A DNA stretch of 64,000 bases from an uncultured Acidimicrobiales bacterium (GCA_963725395.1 CAVRYH010000013.1:163720-227719), one strand, 5' to 3'; shown: positions 27,230 to 36,837, counted from the stretch's first letter. The notes: generated by a model not told the origin, from the letters alone. Numbers and translations are program-made.

Positions 27230-29614
27230 GTGAGCATGACGCTCTCCATCGAGGATTACGGCATCATCGGCGATCTTCACACGGCCGCGCTCGTGGGGAG
27301 GGATGGCTCGATCGACTGGCTGTGCCTTCCCCGTTTCGACTCGGCCGCGTGCTTCAGCAAACTTCTGGGCGACGACGACCACGGCTATTGGAAGCTGGCT
27401 CCCCGAGGCGCCCAGGGCGCCACCCACCGCCACTACCGGGGCGACACACTCGTCCTCGAGTCGGAATTCGTCACCGACGAGGGGACGGTCCGGATCATCG
27501 ACTGCATGCCCATACGTCAGCAGCATCCCGAGGTCGTCAGACTGGTGGAGGGTGTGCTCGGCAAGGTCACCATGGAGATGAACCTCACCATCCGGTTCGG
27601 GTACGGACAGATCGTCCCCTGGGTTCGGCGACTGGACGGGACCCTCAGTGCCATCGCCGGACCGGACGGGCTCTCGTTGTGGACGCCGGTGCCGTGCCGG
27701 GGTCAGGACTTCTCCACGGTCGCCGAGTTCACTGTGTCCGAAGGCCAGCAGGTCCCGTTCTCCCTGACGTGGTTCCCGGCCAACGAGGAGCCACCCCGCC
27801 CGGTCGATGCCGCCTATGCGATCCAGGACACGGAGCTGTGGTGGACTGACTGGGCGTCCCAGTGCACCTATGAGGGCGACTACCGCGATGCCGTGCTTCG
27901 GTCCCTCATCACCCTGAAGGCGTTGACCTACGCCCCGACCGGCGGGATCGTTGCGGCCGCCACCACCTCGCTCCCCGAGACCCTCGGGGGCAACCGCAAT
28001 TGGGACTACCGGTTCTGCTGGCTGCGTGACGCCACCCTCACACTCGAGTCGCTCATGCGCGGCGGGTTCTACGACGAGGCGATGGCCTGGCGCAACTGGC
28101 TGCTTCGCGCCGTGGCCGGCGATCCCTCCCAGATGCAGATCATGTACGGCGCTGGCGGCGAACGACGCCTCGACGAGTGGGAGATCGACTGGTTGCCCGG
28201 GTACGAGGGATCCTCGCCCGTGCGGATCGGCAACGCGGCGGCCGGTCAGTTCCAACTCGACGTGTACGGCGAGGTGATGTCCGCACTCTACGAGTCGGAG
28301 GCGGGGTCGCAGGCCGAATCCGGAACCAGCCCGACCTGGGATTTCCAACTGTCCTTGATGGAGTTCCTGAAGGACGGATGGCGCGAGCCCGACGACGGCA
28401 TCTGGGAGGTACGGGGGCCGCGCCGTCACTTCACCCACTCGAAGGTCATGGCCTGGGTGGCCATCGATCGTGCCATCAGGACCGCCGAGGAGTACGGGCG
28501 GGACGGTCCGGTCGACAGCTGGAAGGAGATCCGTCAGGAGATCCATGATCAGGTCTGCGACGAGGGGTTCAATGCCGACGTGGGCTCCTTCACCCAGTAC
28601 TACGGATCGGACCAGCTCGACGCCAGCCTGTTGATGATCCCGATGGTGGACTTCCTGCCCGCCCACGACCCCCGGGTCCGGGGAACCATCGAGGCGGTCG
28701 AGCGCGAGCTCGTCGAGGGGGGATTCGTCCTCCGCTACCGGACCGACGACACCGGTAACGTCGACGGGCTGTCCGGCCGCGAAGGCTCGTTCCTCGCCTG
28801 CTCCTTCTGGCTGGCCGACTGCCTGTCCATGCTCGGCCGGACCCACGATGCCCGCCAACTCATCGACCGGTTGCTGGGGCTCCGCAACGACCTCGGGCTC
28901 CTGTCCGAGGAGTACGACGCCGTGGCGGGCCGTCTGGTTGGCAACTTCCCCCAGGCGTTCTCCCATGTGTCGCTGGTCAACTCGGCATCGAAGCTGGTCG
29001 GCGGCGAGAAGCCGACGTCGGAGCACTTCGTCCTCGGCCTGGCCCGCCGCGCGCTGACCCAGAGCAAGAGTGCCGGTGGGCAGCACCACATGGGGGGACT
29101 CACCGCCCAGGGGATGCTGGCCAAGCTCACCGAGAGCATCAATGCGGATGAGCCCCGAACCGCCGCCCGTACTCTCCAAGTTGCGGTCGGCGGATCGGAC
29201 GAGGCCGGTGGGGCCAAACCCGCCAAGCGGACTTCCAAGAAGCTGGGCAAGCCCACGGCCAAGGCGTCAGCCAAACATCCGCCCACGATGTTGGACAAAC
29301 ACCCCCTGCGGGATGCGGCCGCCGATGGGGCCAAGAAGGGGACAGGAGCGACATCGGCGGCAACGAGGACCGCCAAGGCAACCAAGGTGCCGAAGAAAGC
29401 GGGGGCGAAGGCCACCAAGGCCACCAAGGCCACCAAGGCCACCAAGGCCACCAAGGCCACCAAGGCCACCAAGGCCACCAAGGCCACCAAGGCCACCAAG
29501 GCCACCAAGGCCACCAAGGCCGGCCTGGCCACCGAGGCCACCAAGGCCAACTCGTCCACGACGAAAGCGCCGGCGGCCGGGCGACGGTCGTCGGCATCGA
29601 GAGGGCGCTCGTAG
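27230..29614 (+). CDS. glycoside hydrolase family 15 (glucoamylase/trehalase-like) with 133-aa Lys/Ala/Thr-rich C-terminal tail
   Basis: The N-terminus IEDYG.IGD..TAALV...GSIDWLC.PRFDS, and further on NWDYRF.W.RD, are classic bacterial GH15 motifs. The tail from about 29213 is AKPAKRTSKK...(KAT)x12. Confidence 0.85.
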   Translation: MSMTLSIEDYGIIGDLHTAALVGRDGSIDWLCLPRFDSAACFSKLLGDDDHGYWKLAPRGAQGATHRHYRGDTLVLESEFVTDEGTVRIIDCMPIRQQHPEVVRLVEGVLGKVTMEMNLTIRFGYGQIVPWVRRLDGTLSAIAGPDGLSLWTPVPCRGQDFSTVAEFTVSEGQQVPFSLTWFPANEEPPRPVDAAYAIQDTELWWTDWASQCTYEGDYRDAVLRSLITLKALTYAPTGGIVAAATTSLPETLGGNRNWDYRFCWLRDATLTLESLMRGGFYDEAMAWRNWLLRAVAGDPSQMQIMYGAGGERRLDEWEIDWLPGYEGSSPVRIGNAAAGQFQLDVYGEVMSALYESEAGSQAESGTSPTWDFQLSLMEFLKDGWREPDDGIWEVRGPRRHFTHSKVMAWVAIDRAIRTAEEYGRDGPVDSWKEIRQEIHDQVCDEGFNADVGSFTQYYGSDQLDASLLMIPMVDFLPAHDPRVRGTIEAVERELVEGGFVLRYRTDDTGNVDGLSGREGSFLACSFWLADCLSMLGRTHDARQLIDRLLGLRNDLGLLSEEYDAVAGRLVGNFPQAFSHVSLVNSASKLVGGEKPTSEHFVLGLARRALTQSKSAGGQHHMGGLTAQGMLAKLTESINADEPRTAARTLQVAVGGSDEAGGAKPAKRTSKKLGKPTAKASAKHPPTMLDKHPLRDAAADGAKKGTGATSAATRTAKATKVPKKAGAKATKATKATKATKATKATKATKATKATKATKATKATKAGLATEATKANSSTTKAPAAGRRSSASRGRS
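29408..29521 (+). repeat. perfect 9-bp tandem repeat AAGGCCACC x12.7 (encodes KAT repeats)
   Basis: Read directly from the sequence: uninterrupted identical units from 29408 to 29515, plus a partial unit. In frame within the GH15 gene tail. Confidence 0.95.
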
Positions 29615-30654
29615 TGGGTGGGCACCATCATCACGGTCGTCGGGCAGGCCGGCGCGCCGCGCGGGAAAACCGAGACGATCCCGACACCGCCACGCCTGCC
29701 GCCGGCACCGTCGTGGCCGAAGGGGTCATCGAGCTCGACACGCTTCTCGGAGGGTGGGAGCGCGTCACTGCCGGCTATCTGATCGAGGGCGACAGCCCGG
29801 TCTTGGTCGAGACCGGCAGCCAGTCGTCCGTCCCCGTCCTCCTGGCCCACCTCGATGCCCTCGGTCTCGGCCCGACGGATCTGGCCGGCGTGGTCGTCAC
29901 CCACATCCACCTCGACCATGCCGGCGGGGTGGGCGACGTGGCCCGGGCATTCCCGAACGCCACGGTGTACGTGCATGAGAAAGGCGCTCGCCACCTGGCC
30001 GACCCGACCAGGCTCGTCGACTCCGCCGCCCGCGTTTACGGTCCACTGCTCGACTCGCTCTACGGCCGACTCGATCCCACACCGGCCGACCGGATCCACG
30101 TGCTCGAGGACGGTGAGGCCATTCGGGTCGGTGCCGCCCGATCCCTGGTGGCGGTGGACTCGCCCGGACACGCCAAGCACCATGTCGCCCTCCACGACTC
30201 CCTGAGCGGTGTGCTGTTCGCCGGAGACGCCGTGGGGGTGAAGTTGCCCGACGGCGGCGTGCTGCGACCGTCGACTCCCCCTCCGGACTTCGATCTGACA
30301 TTGGCGCTGCACTCACTCCAGCGGTTCGCCGACCGCCGGCCCGCGAGTCTGGCCCTGGCCCACTACGGCCTCCTCGGGGATCCGCTCGACCTGCTGGACG
30401 AGGCGGACGGGACCCTCCGCAAGTGGGCCGAGGTGGCCGAGTCGGCATTCCGCCGCGGCGACGACATCGCCGCCGCGCTGTCATCCGCCTTCGAGTCCGA
30501 CCTGGACGGTGTCGCCGAGGAGCATCGGGAGAAACTCGAGGTCATGAACGGAGTGCACTCCAATGCTGCGGGACTCGAGCGGTGGCTGACCACCCGCCCG
30601 CCCCGGGCCACGGGCGACGGCGGCGGCGGTGCGACGGGGGGGAGCGCCAGCTGA
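29614..30654 (+). CDS. MBL-fold metallo-hydrolase
   Basis: THIHLDHAGG (HxHxDH), SPGHAKHH and GD..G are MBL motifs. The GTG at 29614 overlaps the upstream TAG by 1 nt. The true start may be further downstream, since the first 30 codons are His/Arg-rich. Confidence 0.7.
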   Translation: MGGHHHHGRRAGRRAARENRDDPDTATPAAGTVVAEGVIELDTLLGGWERVTAGYLIEGDSPVLVETGSQSSVPVLLAHLDALGLGPTDLAGVVVTHIHLDHAGGVGDVARAFPNATVYVHEKGARHLADPTRLVDSAARVYGPLLDSLYGRLDPTPADRIHVLEDGEAIRVGAARSLVAVDSPGHAKHHVALHDSLSGVLFAGDAVGVKLPDGGVLRPSTPPPDFDLTLALHSLQRFADRRPASLALAHYGLLGDPLDLLDEADGTLRKWAEVAESAFRRGDDIAAALSSAFESDLDGVAEEHREKLEVMNGVHSNAAGLERWLTTRPPRATGDGGGGATGGSAS

Positions 30655-30712
30655 TCGCGGGTGCGGCGGAGCGGGCGGTCCCGGGCGTCCGCCCCTTGCC
30701 CTGTGAGCGGTC

Positions 30713-32005
30713 GTGAACATCTCGATCGTCTCGGGGTGGGTGCCGGTCCTCGTCGAGGCGCTGGCCCTGGCCAGCCTGGCGCTGGCCGTCGATTGGAGGT
30801 CGTGGCGGTGGCGGCGACAACTCGGCTTCGGTGTGCCTCTCGCCCTCGTGGTCACGGCGGCGGTGGCTCTCGTCCTGTCCCTCGGATCGCTGGTCCCTTC
30901 CGACTTCCCTACGTCGGCCTACGGATGGGGGGCCGGATTCGTCCTCGCCGTCTGGCTCACCCTGACCGACTGGTCTGTCGGAGGCCAAGCACGCCGGGCC
31001 GTATCGGTCATCGCGATGATCCTGACCCTGGCGGCGACGTTGGGCACGGTCAACCAGACCTCCGATTCCTTCCCTACCGTCGACCGACTGGTCACCCTCG
31101 ATCCCGAGAACGTGGTGGACGGCCCACAGCTCCAGCAGCTGCGAGCACAGGTGGCCGCCACCGGCCGGCTTCCGTCGGAGGGGGTCCTCATCATGACCAC
31201 CATCCCGCCGACCGTCTCCCATTTCTCCACGCGCCCCGCCTACGTCTATCTGCCGCCGGCCTGGTTCGCCAAGGTCACGCCGTCCCTCCCCACCCTCGTC
31301 CTGCTCCCGGGGGAACCGGGCAGCGCCGCGGACTGGTCCGATTCCGGCGATGCCGACAACACGGCGGACGCCTTCGCCGCGGCCCACCACGGGGTGGCAC
31401 CGATCATCGTGATGCCCGATCCCAACGGGTACGCCACGATCGACACCGAGTGCGTGAACAGCAAGTTCGGGAACGCCGAGACCTACCTGGTCGACGACGT
31501 GCCTGCCTTCGTCAGGCGGCAGTTCCATGCCGCGACCGGCTCCGGTTCGCTCGCCATCGGCGGACTGTCGGCCGGTGGGACCTGCTCGGTGATGCTGGCC
31601 CTGCGGCATCCGACGGTCTACCCGACCTTCGCCACGTACTCGGGGTTCTCCTTCCCCCAGTACCAAGACACCAGTCGGGCCCAGACCGTCGACACACTCT
31701 TCGGTGGGTCGGTCGCCGCCTTTGACGCCCACGACCCGCTGCTGCTCCTCGGCAAGGGTCGCTTCGACGGGATGGCGGGCTGGTTCGAGGTCGGTGACGA
31801 CGACGCCCAACCGCTGGCCGCGGCCCTCGCCCTCCAACCGGCGGCGTCGAAGGCGGGGATCGCCACCTGCCTGCTCGTGCGACCGGGTGGTCACGATTTC
31901 GATCTCTGGAGCCAGGCCCTCGTCGACTCCTTCCCCTGGCTGGCCTGGCGGCTCGGACTCAGCCCCGAACCCGATAGCGAACCGGCAAAATGCACGTCAG
32001 CCTGA
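30713..32005 (+). CDS. membrane-anchored esterase-family alpha/beta hydrolase (esterase D / mycolyltransferase-like)
   Basis: About 4 N-terminal TM helices are followed by P.YVYLPP.W...P.LP...L..G.PG, the nucleophile elbow GLSAGG, and GGHDF. It is a paralogue of 38907..40220. Confidence 0.7.
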   Translation: MNISIVSGWVPVLVEALALASLALAVDWRSWRWRRQLGFGVPLALVVTAAVALVLSLGSLVPSDFPTSAYGWGAGFVLAVWLTLTDWSVGGQARRAVSVIAMILTLAATLGTVNQTSDSFPTVDRLVTLDPENVVDGPQLQQLRAQVAATGRLPSEGVLIMTTIPPTVSHFSTRPAYVYLPPAWFAKVTPSLPTLVLLPGEPGSAADWSDSGDADNTADAFAAAHHGVAPIIVMPDPNGYATIDTECVNSKFGNAETYLVDDVPAFVRRQFHAATGSGSLAIGGLSAGGTCSVMLALRHPTVYPTFATYSGFSFPQYQDTSRAQTVDTLFGGSVAAFDAHDPLLLLGKGRFDGMAGWFEVGDDDAQPLAAALALQPAASKAGIATCLLVRPGGHDFDLWSQALVDSFPWLAWRLGLSPEPDSEPAKCTSA

Positions 32006-32129
32006 GTGCTGGGACCGTACGCGAGGGAAACGGAGCACCCCCGCCCGCCTTCCCGCCTTGCGCGGTACAGCCGCGGTGGTCTCGAATGGTTCGGGAGGGA
32101 GCCGTCATGAGGATCGCGAGAACGGGCCG

Positions 32130-33047
32130 ATGAGCATCCTGTTCGCGCTGCTCGGTGCCTTCAGCCAGGCCCTCACCTCGGTGCTGCAACGCCTGGCCAA
32201 CGTGTCAGCACCCAAGGTCAAGCGATCGGCGTGGCAGACAGCCTTGCACCTGGTCCGACAGCCCATGTGGCTGCTCGGGATGGTGACGATGGGAGGCACT
32301 TTCGTCTTCACCGCTCTCGCGCTCTACTTCGGCGAGTTGGCCACCGTACAGCCCATCCTCGTCACCGAACTCATCTTCACCCTCGCACTCCGGGCCCTGT
32401 GGTTGGGGGACCGGATCGCTCAGCGGACCTGGGCGGCGGCCGGCCTTCTTTGTGCCGGGCTGTTCGGCTTCCTGGTGGTCGCACATCCCCAAGAGGGCCA
32501 CGGGCACCCGAGCGCCATCGGGTGGGTGGTCGCGGTGGGCAGCCGCATGGTGGTGGTGGTCGTCCTCGTCGTCCTCAGCCGGTGGGGCTCCCCGGCCCGC
32601 CGTGCCGCCCTCCTCGGTGCGGCCGCCGCGCTCGTGTGGGCCATCGACGCCGCCTTCGTCAAGTCCGCCACCGAGGTGCTGGCCCACGAGGGCTGGGGAG
32701 CCCTGTTCGTCCACTGGCCCCTCTACGCCGTAGTGGCCAGCGGAGTGCTCGGCACGGTGCTGCTGGAAGCGGCCTTCACCGCCGGGCCGTTGGCCGCCTC
32801 GCAGTCGGCACTGCTGATAGTCGACCCGCTGGCCAGCATCGCCATCGGCGTCGAGCTCTTCGGTGAGCAGCTGCGGTCGTCCCCGGTCGCCATCCTGCTG
32901 CAGGCCCTGTGCCTCGGTGGGATGTTCGTCGGAGTGGTCCTCCTGTCCCGGTGGGCACCGCCCGAGATGGAGGTGCGCAAGAGGAGCCCGCGGCCCAGCG
33001 TGGCCTCGGGCGAGTTGACCGGGGATGTCGCCTCCGACCAGGCATGA
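32130..33047 (+). CDS. DMT-superfamily-like polytopic membrane protein
   Basis: Starts at the ATG at 32130 within track ORF 31704..33047. It has about 9-10 hydrophobic segments. The family call is by general resemblance only. Confidence 0.55.
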   Translation: MSILFALLGAFSQALTSVLQRLANVSAPKVKRSAWQTALHLVRQPMWLLGMVTMGGTFVFTALALYFGELATVQPILVTELIFTLALRALWLGDRIAQRTWAAAGLLCAGLFGFLVVAHPQEGHGHPSAIGWVVAVGSRMVVVVVLVVLSRWGSPARRAALLGAAAALVWAIDAAFVKSATEVLAHEGWGALFVHWPLYAVVASGVLGTVLLEAAFTAGPLAASQSALLIVDPLASIAIGVELFGEQLRSSPVAILLQALCLGGMFVGVVLLSRWAPPEMEVRKRSPRPSVASGELTGDVASDQA

Positions 33048-33083
33048 CCGCTGAGCCACGTCCCGACGTCGGACACTCAGCGG
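33048..33083. terminator. hairpin between convergent genes (candidate bidirectional terminator)
   Basis: CCGCTGAG (33048-33055) pairs with CTCAGCGG (33076-33083). The interior holds the palindrome CCGACGTCGG. It lies between the stops at 33047 (+) and 33096 (-). There is no U-tract. Confidence 0.5.
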
Positions 33084-33095
33084 CGGAACGGCCGG

Positions 33096-33737
33096 TCAGG
33101 TGCTGTGTGGTCCGGTGGTGCGAGAGGCGGTGGACGCAGTGGTGGCGGCCGGATCGGCACCCGGAGAGCCGCTTTCGACTTTCGGCACGGTCAAGCCCCA
33201 GGGGACTCGCGTGGCCAGCGACGGCTCCAGATGGATCGCCTCGCCCACGTCGGCTGTTCCCTCGCCCGGGTCCCAGCGCTCTACCAGCAGGAGTCCCAGG
33301 TTGAAGTAGCTCGAAGCCGCGAGTGGGTCGTGGGTGAGGATCTGTCGATAGATCGAAATCGCCTCGGACGGCTGGGTGGCAGTCAACAGCCCCGCCTTGT
33401 TGAACAGCGCCGGTACGAACGTCGGATCCGATGTCAACGCCATGTCGTAGGAGTGCAACGCTGCTGTGGTGTCGCCCGCAGCCTCGTAGGCGACGCCGAG
33501 GTCGTAGGCGGCGGCGGTGTTCTTCGCGTCGATCCGTAGCACACTGCCGTAGTCGTGGACGGCGCTGGCGGGGTCGTGGTGGGCTAGGGCTTCGGATCCT
33601 GCTCCGATCAGTCGGACTTCTTGGGTTCGGGCTGACTCCGTCGACGAACCCGCGGTCGTGCAGCCGACGAAACCCAGGCACGCGGACACCACCAGTAGCA
33701 CCCCCGGTGCCGCCCGCATCCGACGTCCGGTCGGCAT
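33096..33737 (-). CDS. TPR-repeat lipoprotein
   Basis: The ATG at 33737 shares 1 nt with the TGA of the upstream collagen-like gene. It has a signal peptide with lipobox (LLVVSAC). There are 3-4 TPR-like units (AAYDLGVAYEAAGD..AL..YD.AL..DP, ..YFNLGLLL..). Confidence 0.65.
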   Translation of the reverse strand: MPTGRRMRAAPGVLLVVSACLGFVGCTTAGSSTESARTQEVRLIGAGSEALAHHDPASAVHDYGSVLRIDAKNTAAAYDLGVAYEAAGDTTAALHSYDMALTSDPTFVPALFNKAGLLTATQPSEAISIYRQILTHDPLAASSYFNLGLLLVERWDPGEGTADVGEAIHLEPSLATRVPWGLTVPKVESGSPGADPAATTASTASRTTGPHST

Positions 33738-35362
33738 CAGTTCGGCGTCTCGCAGGTCAGGAAGATGCTGAGGGAGGCGACCACGGTTGTGGTCGTGCTG
33801 GTGAAGTCGAAGGACCACGCACCAAGTGAGGTGGGATAGGCGTCGGACGGCATGAGCGATGCGGATTGGGAGAACCCCCACCCGAGGGCGTACCCACCGC
33901 TGGGGCAGGTGGCGGTGAAATCCTGGCCGGTGTTCGCTACGAAGCTGACGTTGGTGAAGGTCGTCACGAAGTCGCTCGGGGTGTGTTGGGGTGCTGCAGT
34001 TCCTTGGGGTCCGGCGGGGCCTTGAGCGCCGGTTGCCCCGGTGGATCCCTGGGGGCCCACTGCTCCCTGTACCCCTTGAAATCCGGCCGCGCCCTGGGCC
34101 CCCTGCAGACCCTGGCCACCGGTCGCCCCCTGCGCACCGGCTGCACCACCCGGGCCCTGGACTCCCTGTGCTCCCTGGGGTCCCTGGAGGCCGACCGGAC
34201 CTTGCGGACCCACCGGCCCTTGCGGTCCGTCCTCACCCTGCGGTCCGACTGCGCCCTGGGATCCGACCGCGCCCTGGGCGCCTTCGGGACCCTGGTCGCC
34301 GGTGGCGCCCATCGCCCCCTGCGTACCGGCTGCACCGGCGGTCCCCTGGATACCCTGCGCTCCTTGGGACCCCTGAAGACCGACCGGACCCATCGGCCCA
34401 TCCGGGCCTTGCGGGCCGGTCCCTCCCTGGTCACCCATTGTGCCCTGCGCCCCGGATACTCCCTGCGGCCCGGTCGCCCCTGGAGTCCCTTGTGCGCCGG
34501 TGGACCCGTCTGCGCCGGTAGCCCCGTTCGTTCCCTGGTCGCCCGTCGCACCGGTAGCGCCGGTGGCCCCTTCTGCACCAGGAGCCCCGATCGATCCCTG
34601 GGCACCCGCCGCACCGGTCGCCCCCTCGGCACCCGCCGCACCCGTAGCGCCATTGGTTCCTTCTGCACCGGTCGCCCCGGTCGTCCCCTGGACACCCGCG
34701 TTCCCCTCGACGCCCTGACTGCCGGTTGCCCCCGATGTACCGGCAGCACCGATCGACCCTGTAACTCCGGTTGCACCACTGGTCCCCTTCACCCCCGCCC
34801 TACCGCGGCTTCCGGTCGAGCCGGATGGTCCCGGGACACCCTGGGTGCCGGTAAGCCCAGTCGCGCCGCTGGGACCTGCGGCCCCTGTTCGACCGTGCAC
34901 GCCGCGATGCCACCGCTCGCGATTCGGTCGGGAGGTCGGTTCGGCACCGACCGCAAGCCGGCCGGACGGTGCGGATCCCCCGCGCCGTCCTTTGCCGACC
35001 CGGTTACCGGGCGTGCCCAGAATGCCCCGTGGTCCAAGGGGCCGCTGCCCAGGGTGTCCGGCCTCCGCCGGAGCGTGCCCCGGGCTGGAACCCGGCTGAC
35101 GGTGGAGTTCCCGAGCACCGGGACCGCAGCCCATCGGCACCCATGGACCACCACTGCCGGGATCCACTTCCCTGCCCCTGAACAAGTCCGGAATGGCCCA
35201 CTGCCGCGGACGGAAGCCCTCGTGGGCGACCTGACAATCTCGTCGTGCCGCCACTGCCCCTTCAGCCCGCTGGGGGGTGTGCGCCACTAGGCCCAAGACC
35301 ACGCCCACCGTGATGCCGATCGCAGTCAGACGTTTCGCCAATGCCCACCTGTGCCGTCTCAC
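33737..35362 (-). CDS. secreted collagen-like triple-helix-repeat protein with 87-aa C-terminal globular domain
   Basis: I counted 100 uninterrupted Gly-X-Y triplets ([12 protein letters not shown] ... GPA GPQ). A candidate start GTG at 35362 gives the signal-like N-terminus [29 protein letters not shown]. The track ORF extends to 35488. Confidence 0.8.
   Translation of the reverse strand: MRRHRWALAKRLTAIGITVGVVLGLVAHTPQRAEGAVAARRDCQVAHEGFRPRQWAIPDLFRGREVDPGSGGPWVPMGCGPGARELHRQPGSSPGHAPAEAGHPGQRPLGPRGILGTPGNRVGKGRRGGSAPSGRLAVGAEPTSRPNRERWHRGVHGRTGAAGPSGATGLTGTQGVPGPSGSTGSRGRAGVKGTSGATGVTGSIGAAGTSGATGSQGVEGNAGVQGTTGATGAEGTNGATGAAGAEGATGAAGAQGSIGAPGAEGATGATGATGDQGTNGATGADGSTGAQGTPGATGPQGVSGAQGTMGDQGGTGPQGPDGPMGPVGLQGSQGAQGIQGTAGAAGTQGAMGATGDQGPEGAQGAVGSQGAVGPQGEDGPQGPVGPQGPVGLQGPQGAQGVQGPGGAAGAQGATGGQGLQGAQGAAGFQGVQGAVGPQGSTGATGAQGPAGPQGTAAPQHTPSDFVTTFTNVSFVANTGQDFTATCPSGGYALGWGFSQSASLMPSDAYPTSLGAWSFDFTSTTTTVVASLSIFLTCETPN
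34001..34903 (-). repeat. Gly-X-Y coding repeat region (about 100 triplets)
   Basis: Direct count in the translation of 33737..35488. There are no interruptions. It is rich in GAT/GAQ/GPQ triplets, with few charged residues. Confidence 0.9.
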
Positions 35363-35676
35363 GGGCCGGTTCCTTCCGGGCGCGTTGAGCTGAACGTGAC
35401 GCGCCGACACTTGGGCATCGGCACATCCGTGCGCCTGGCCGAGGGGGTACGCCCTAAGGACTCCGGCGTGTGGACGCCACCCCGCCACTGCCGTCTCTTC
35501 GGTGACGATCCCAGGGGGAGTTCCGATCGCCCGCTACACGTGTTGCATCGTCGTCCGGATTCGGCCGTATGCTGTGCAGTGCCCGGCATTGAGGGGCGCT
35601 TGGCGCGGTCGACGAGCTGGCATGTTGGAAATCCAGCAGGTCCGCAGTCGTCCGCCATGGTGCTAGGAAGCTGCGC

Positions 35677-36837
35677 ATGGTTCGGGACAGAGAGCCGACG
35701 AAGGTGATCCTCGTCACGGAGAACAGCCTCATCGGCGAGGGCCTGGCTGTCTCGTTGAGCGATGCCTCATCGGTCGACCTGGTCGGGCGGACCAGCGACC
35801 CTGTCGAGATGGTGCGACTCGTCGAGGAAGTCAGTCCCGATGTGATCATCGTGACGCTTCGCGCCACGGCAGGCCTCACAACGTCCATGACCGTGGCCGT
35901 GCACCGCGTACGCTCCCGATTTCCCGAGATGGGAACCGTGATCATCTCCGACATGGTCGACAGCTTCGTCCTCGACCTCCTCATGGCAGAGACGTCACGG
36001 ATCGCCTATCTGCTCGACGATGAGGTCAGGAGCATGGCGACGGTGCTCCACGCGGTGCACCAGGTGTGCGCCGGACGGAGTGTGCTCGACCCGGGCATCA
36101 GCGATGCACTGGCCCAGTGGCACGAGGACATGAACTTCGACCATCTCGAAGACGTTGAGATCGAAATACTGGATCTGATGACACGGGGGCTGTCCGACTC
36201 CTCCATCGCCGATGTGCTGCAACTCCCCGTCGAATCGGTCACGGACCGGGTGGCCTCCCTCTTCGACAAGCTCGGCCTCTTCGAGCACGAGGCCTTCGAC
36301 CGTCGGATGTCAGCAGTGCTCATCCGCCTACGGGCCCGGACGAACCCGGCCGGCCCGAACCTGTTCGGGGACATGTCAGCCGAGGTGAGGGACCACCTCC
36401 GGAGCCTCCTCGATCAACGAGCGATGTCCGTGGCGGCGGGGGGTGAGTGGGTCCAGTCCGAGGGTCCGGCGGGTCGGCCGACGCAGACGCCGCCAATACC
36501 TGAGACCGAGATCGCCCTGCTGGATGCGGAAGGCGTCATCGTGTCGGTCAACGCGGCCTGGGTCTCGTTCTGCACTGAGAACGGCGGAGACCCGGGTCGG
36601 GCGGGTGTCGGGTCGTCCTACCTGGACGCCTGCACTGGTTGTGACGATCCCCACGCCAAGGAGGTGGAGCGGGCCCTTCGCGTGGCGCTCCGGGGTGACC
36701 TTCCTGCACCGCTGAGGCTGTTGATCCCGTGCAACAGCCCGGAGTCCGAGCGCTGGTTCGACGTGCTGATCTCTTCCAGGATCGACCAAGACGGCCACTG
36801 TCTGGGTGCCGCAGTCACACTTTCTCACGTCGTCTGA
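35677..36837 (+). CDS. atypical response-regulator-like protein: pseudo-receiver + LuxR/FixJ HTH + C-terminal PAS
   Basis: The REC-like fold (KVILVTENSLIGEGL...DVIIVTLRA...VIISD...AYLLDD) lacks the acidic pocket DD, the phospho-acceptor Asp and the conserved Lys. The HTH is EIEILDLMTRGLSDSSIADVLQLPVESVTDRVASLFDKLG. The C-terminal IALLDAEGVIVSVNAAW......RWFDVLISS.....G...GAAVTLSHV is PAS-like. Confidence 0.7.
   Translation: MVRDREPTKVILVTENSLIGEGLAVSLSDASSVDLVGRTSDPVEMVRLVEEVSPDVIIVTLRATAGLTTSMTVAVHRVRSRFPEMGTVIISDMVDSFVLDLLMAETSRIAYLLDDEVRSMATVLHAVHQVCAGRSVLDPGISDALAQWHEDMNFDHLEDVEIEILDLMTRGLSDSSIADVLQLPVESVTDRVASLFDKLGLFEHEAFDRRMSAVLIRLRARTNPAGPNLFGDMSAEVRDHLRSLLDQRAMSVAAGGEWVQSEGPAGRPTQTPPIPETEIALLDAEGVIVSVNAAWVSFCTENGGDPGRAGVGSSYLDACTGCDDPHAKEVERALRVALRGDLPAPLRLLIPCNSPESERWFDVLISSRIDQDGHCLGAAVTLSHVV

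Noticed and set aside
27086-29179. 697-aa minus-strand ORF
   Set aside because: It is antisense to the strongly motif-supported GH15 gene. The translation is Gly/Arg/Pro/Val-rich with no recognisable motif. This is a typical high-GC shadow ORF.
29408-29521. Possible CRISPR array (also considered for 45061..45564)
   Set aside because: The units are contiguous with no spacers (9 bp), or are 126-bp in-frame coding units. There are no cas genes in the window.
29139-29597. 152-aa minus-strand ORF translating as WWPWWPWWP...
   Set aside because: It is simply the reverse-complement reading of the (AAGGCCACC)n repeat inside the GH15 gene tail. It has no start context and a nonsensical composition.
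33866-35290. 474-aa plus-strand ORF and the 271-aa off-frame minus ORF (33964..34779) within the collagen-like gene
   Set aside because: The periodic GGN-NNN-NNN coding repeat keeps alternative frames open. Only the frame giving an uninterrupted GXY run plus a signal-like N-terminus and a globular C-terminus is coherent.
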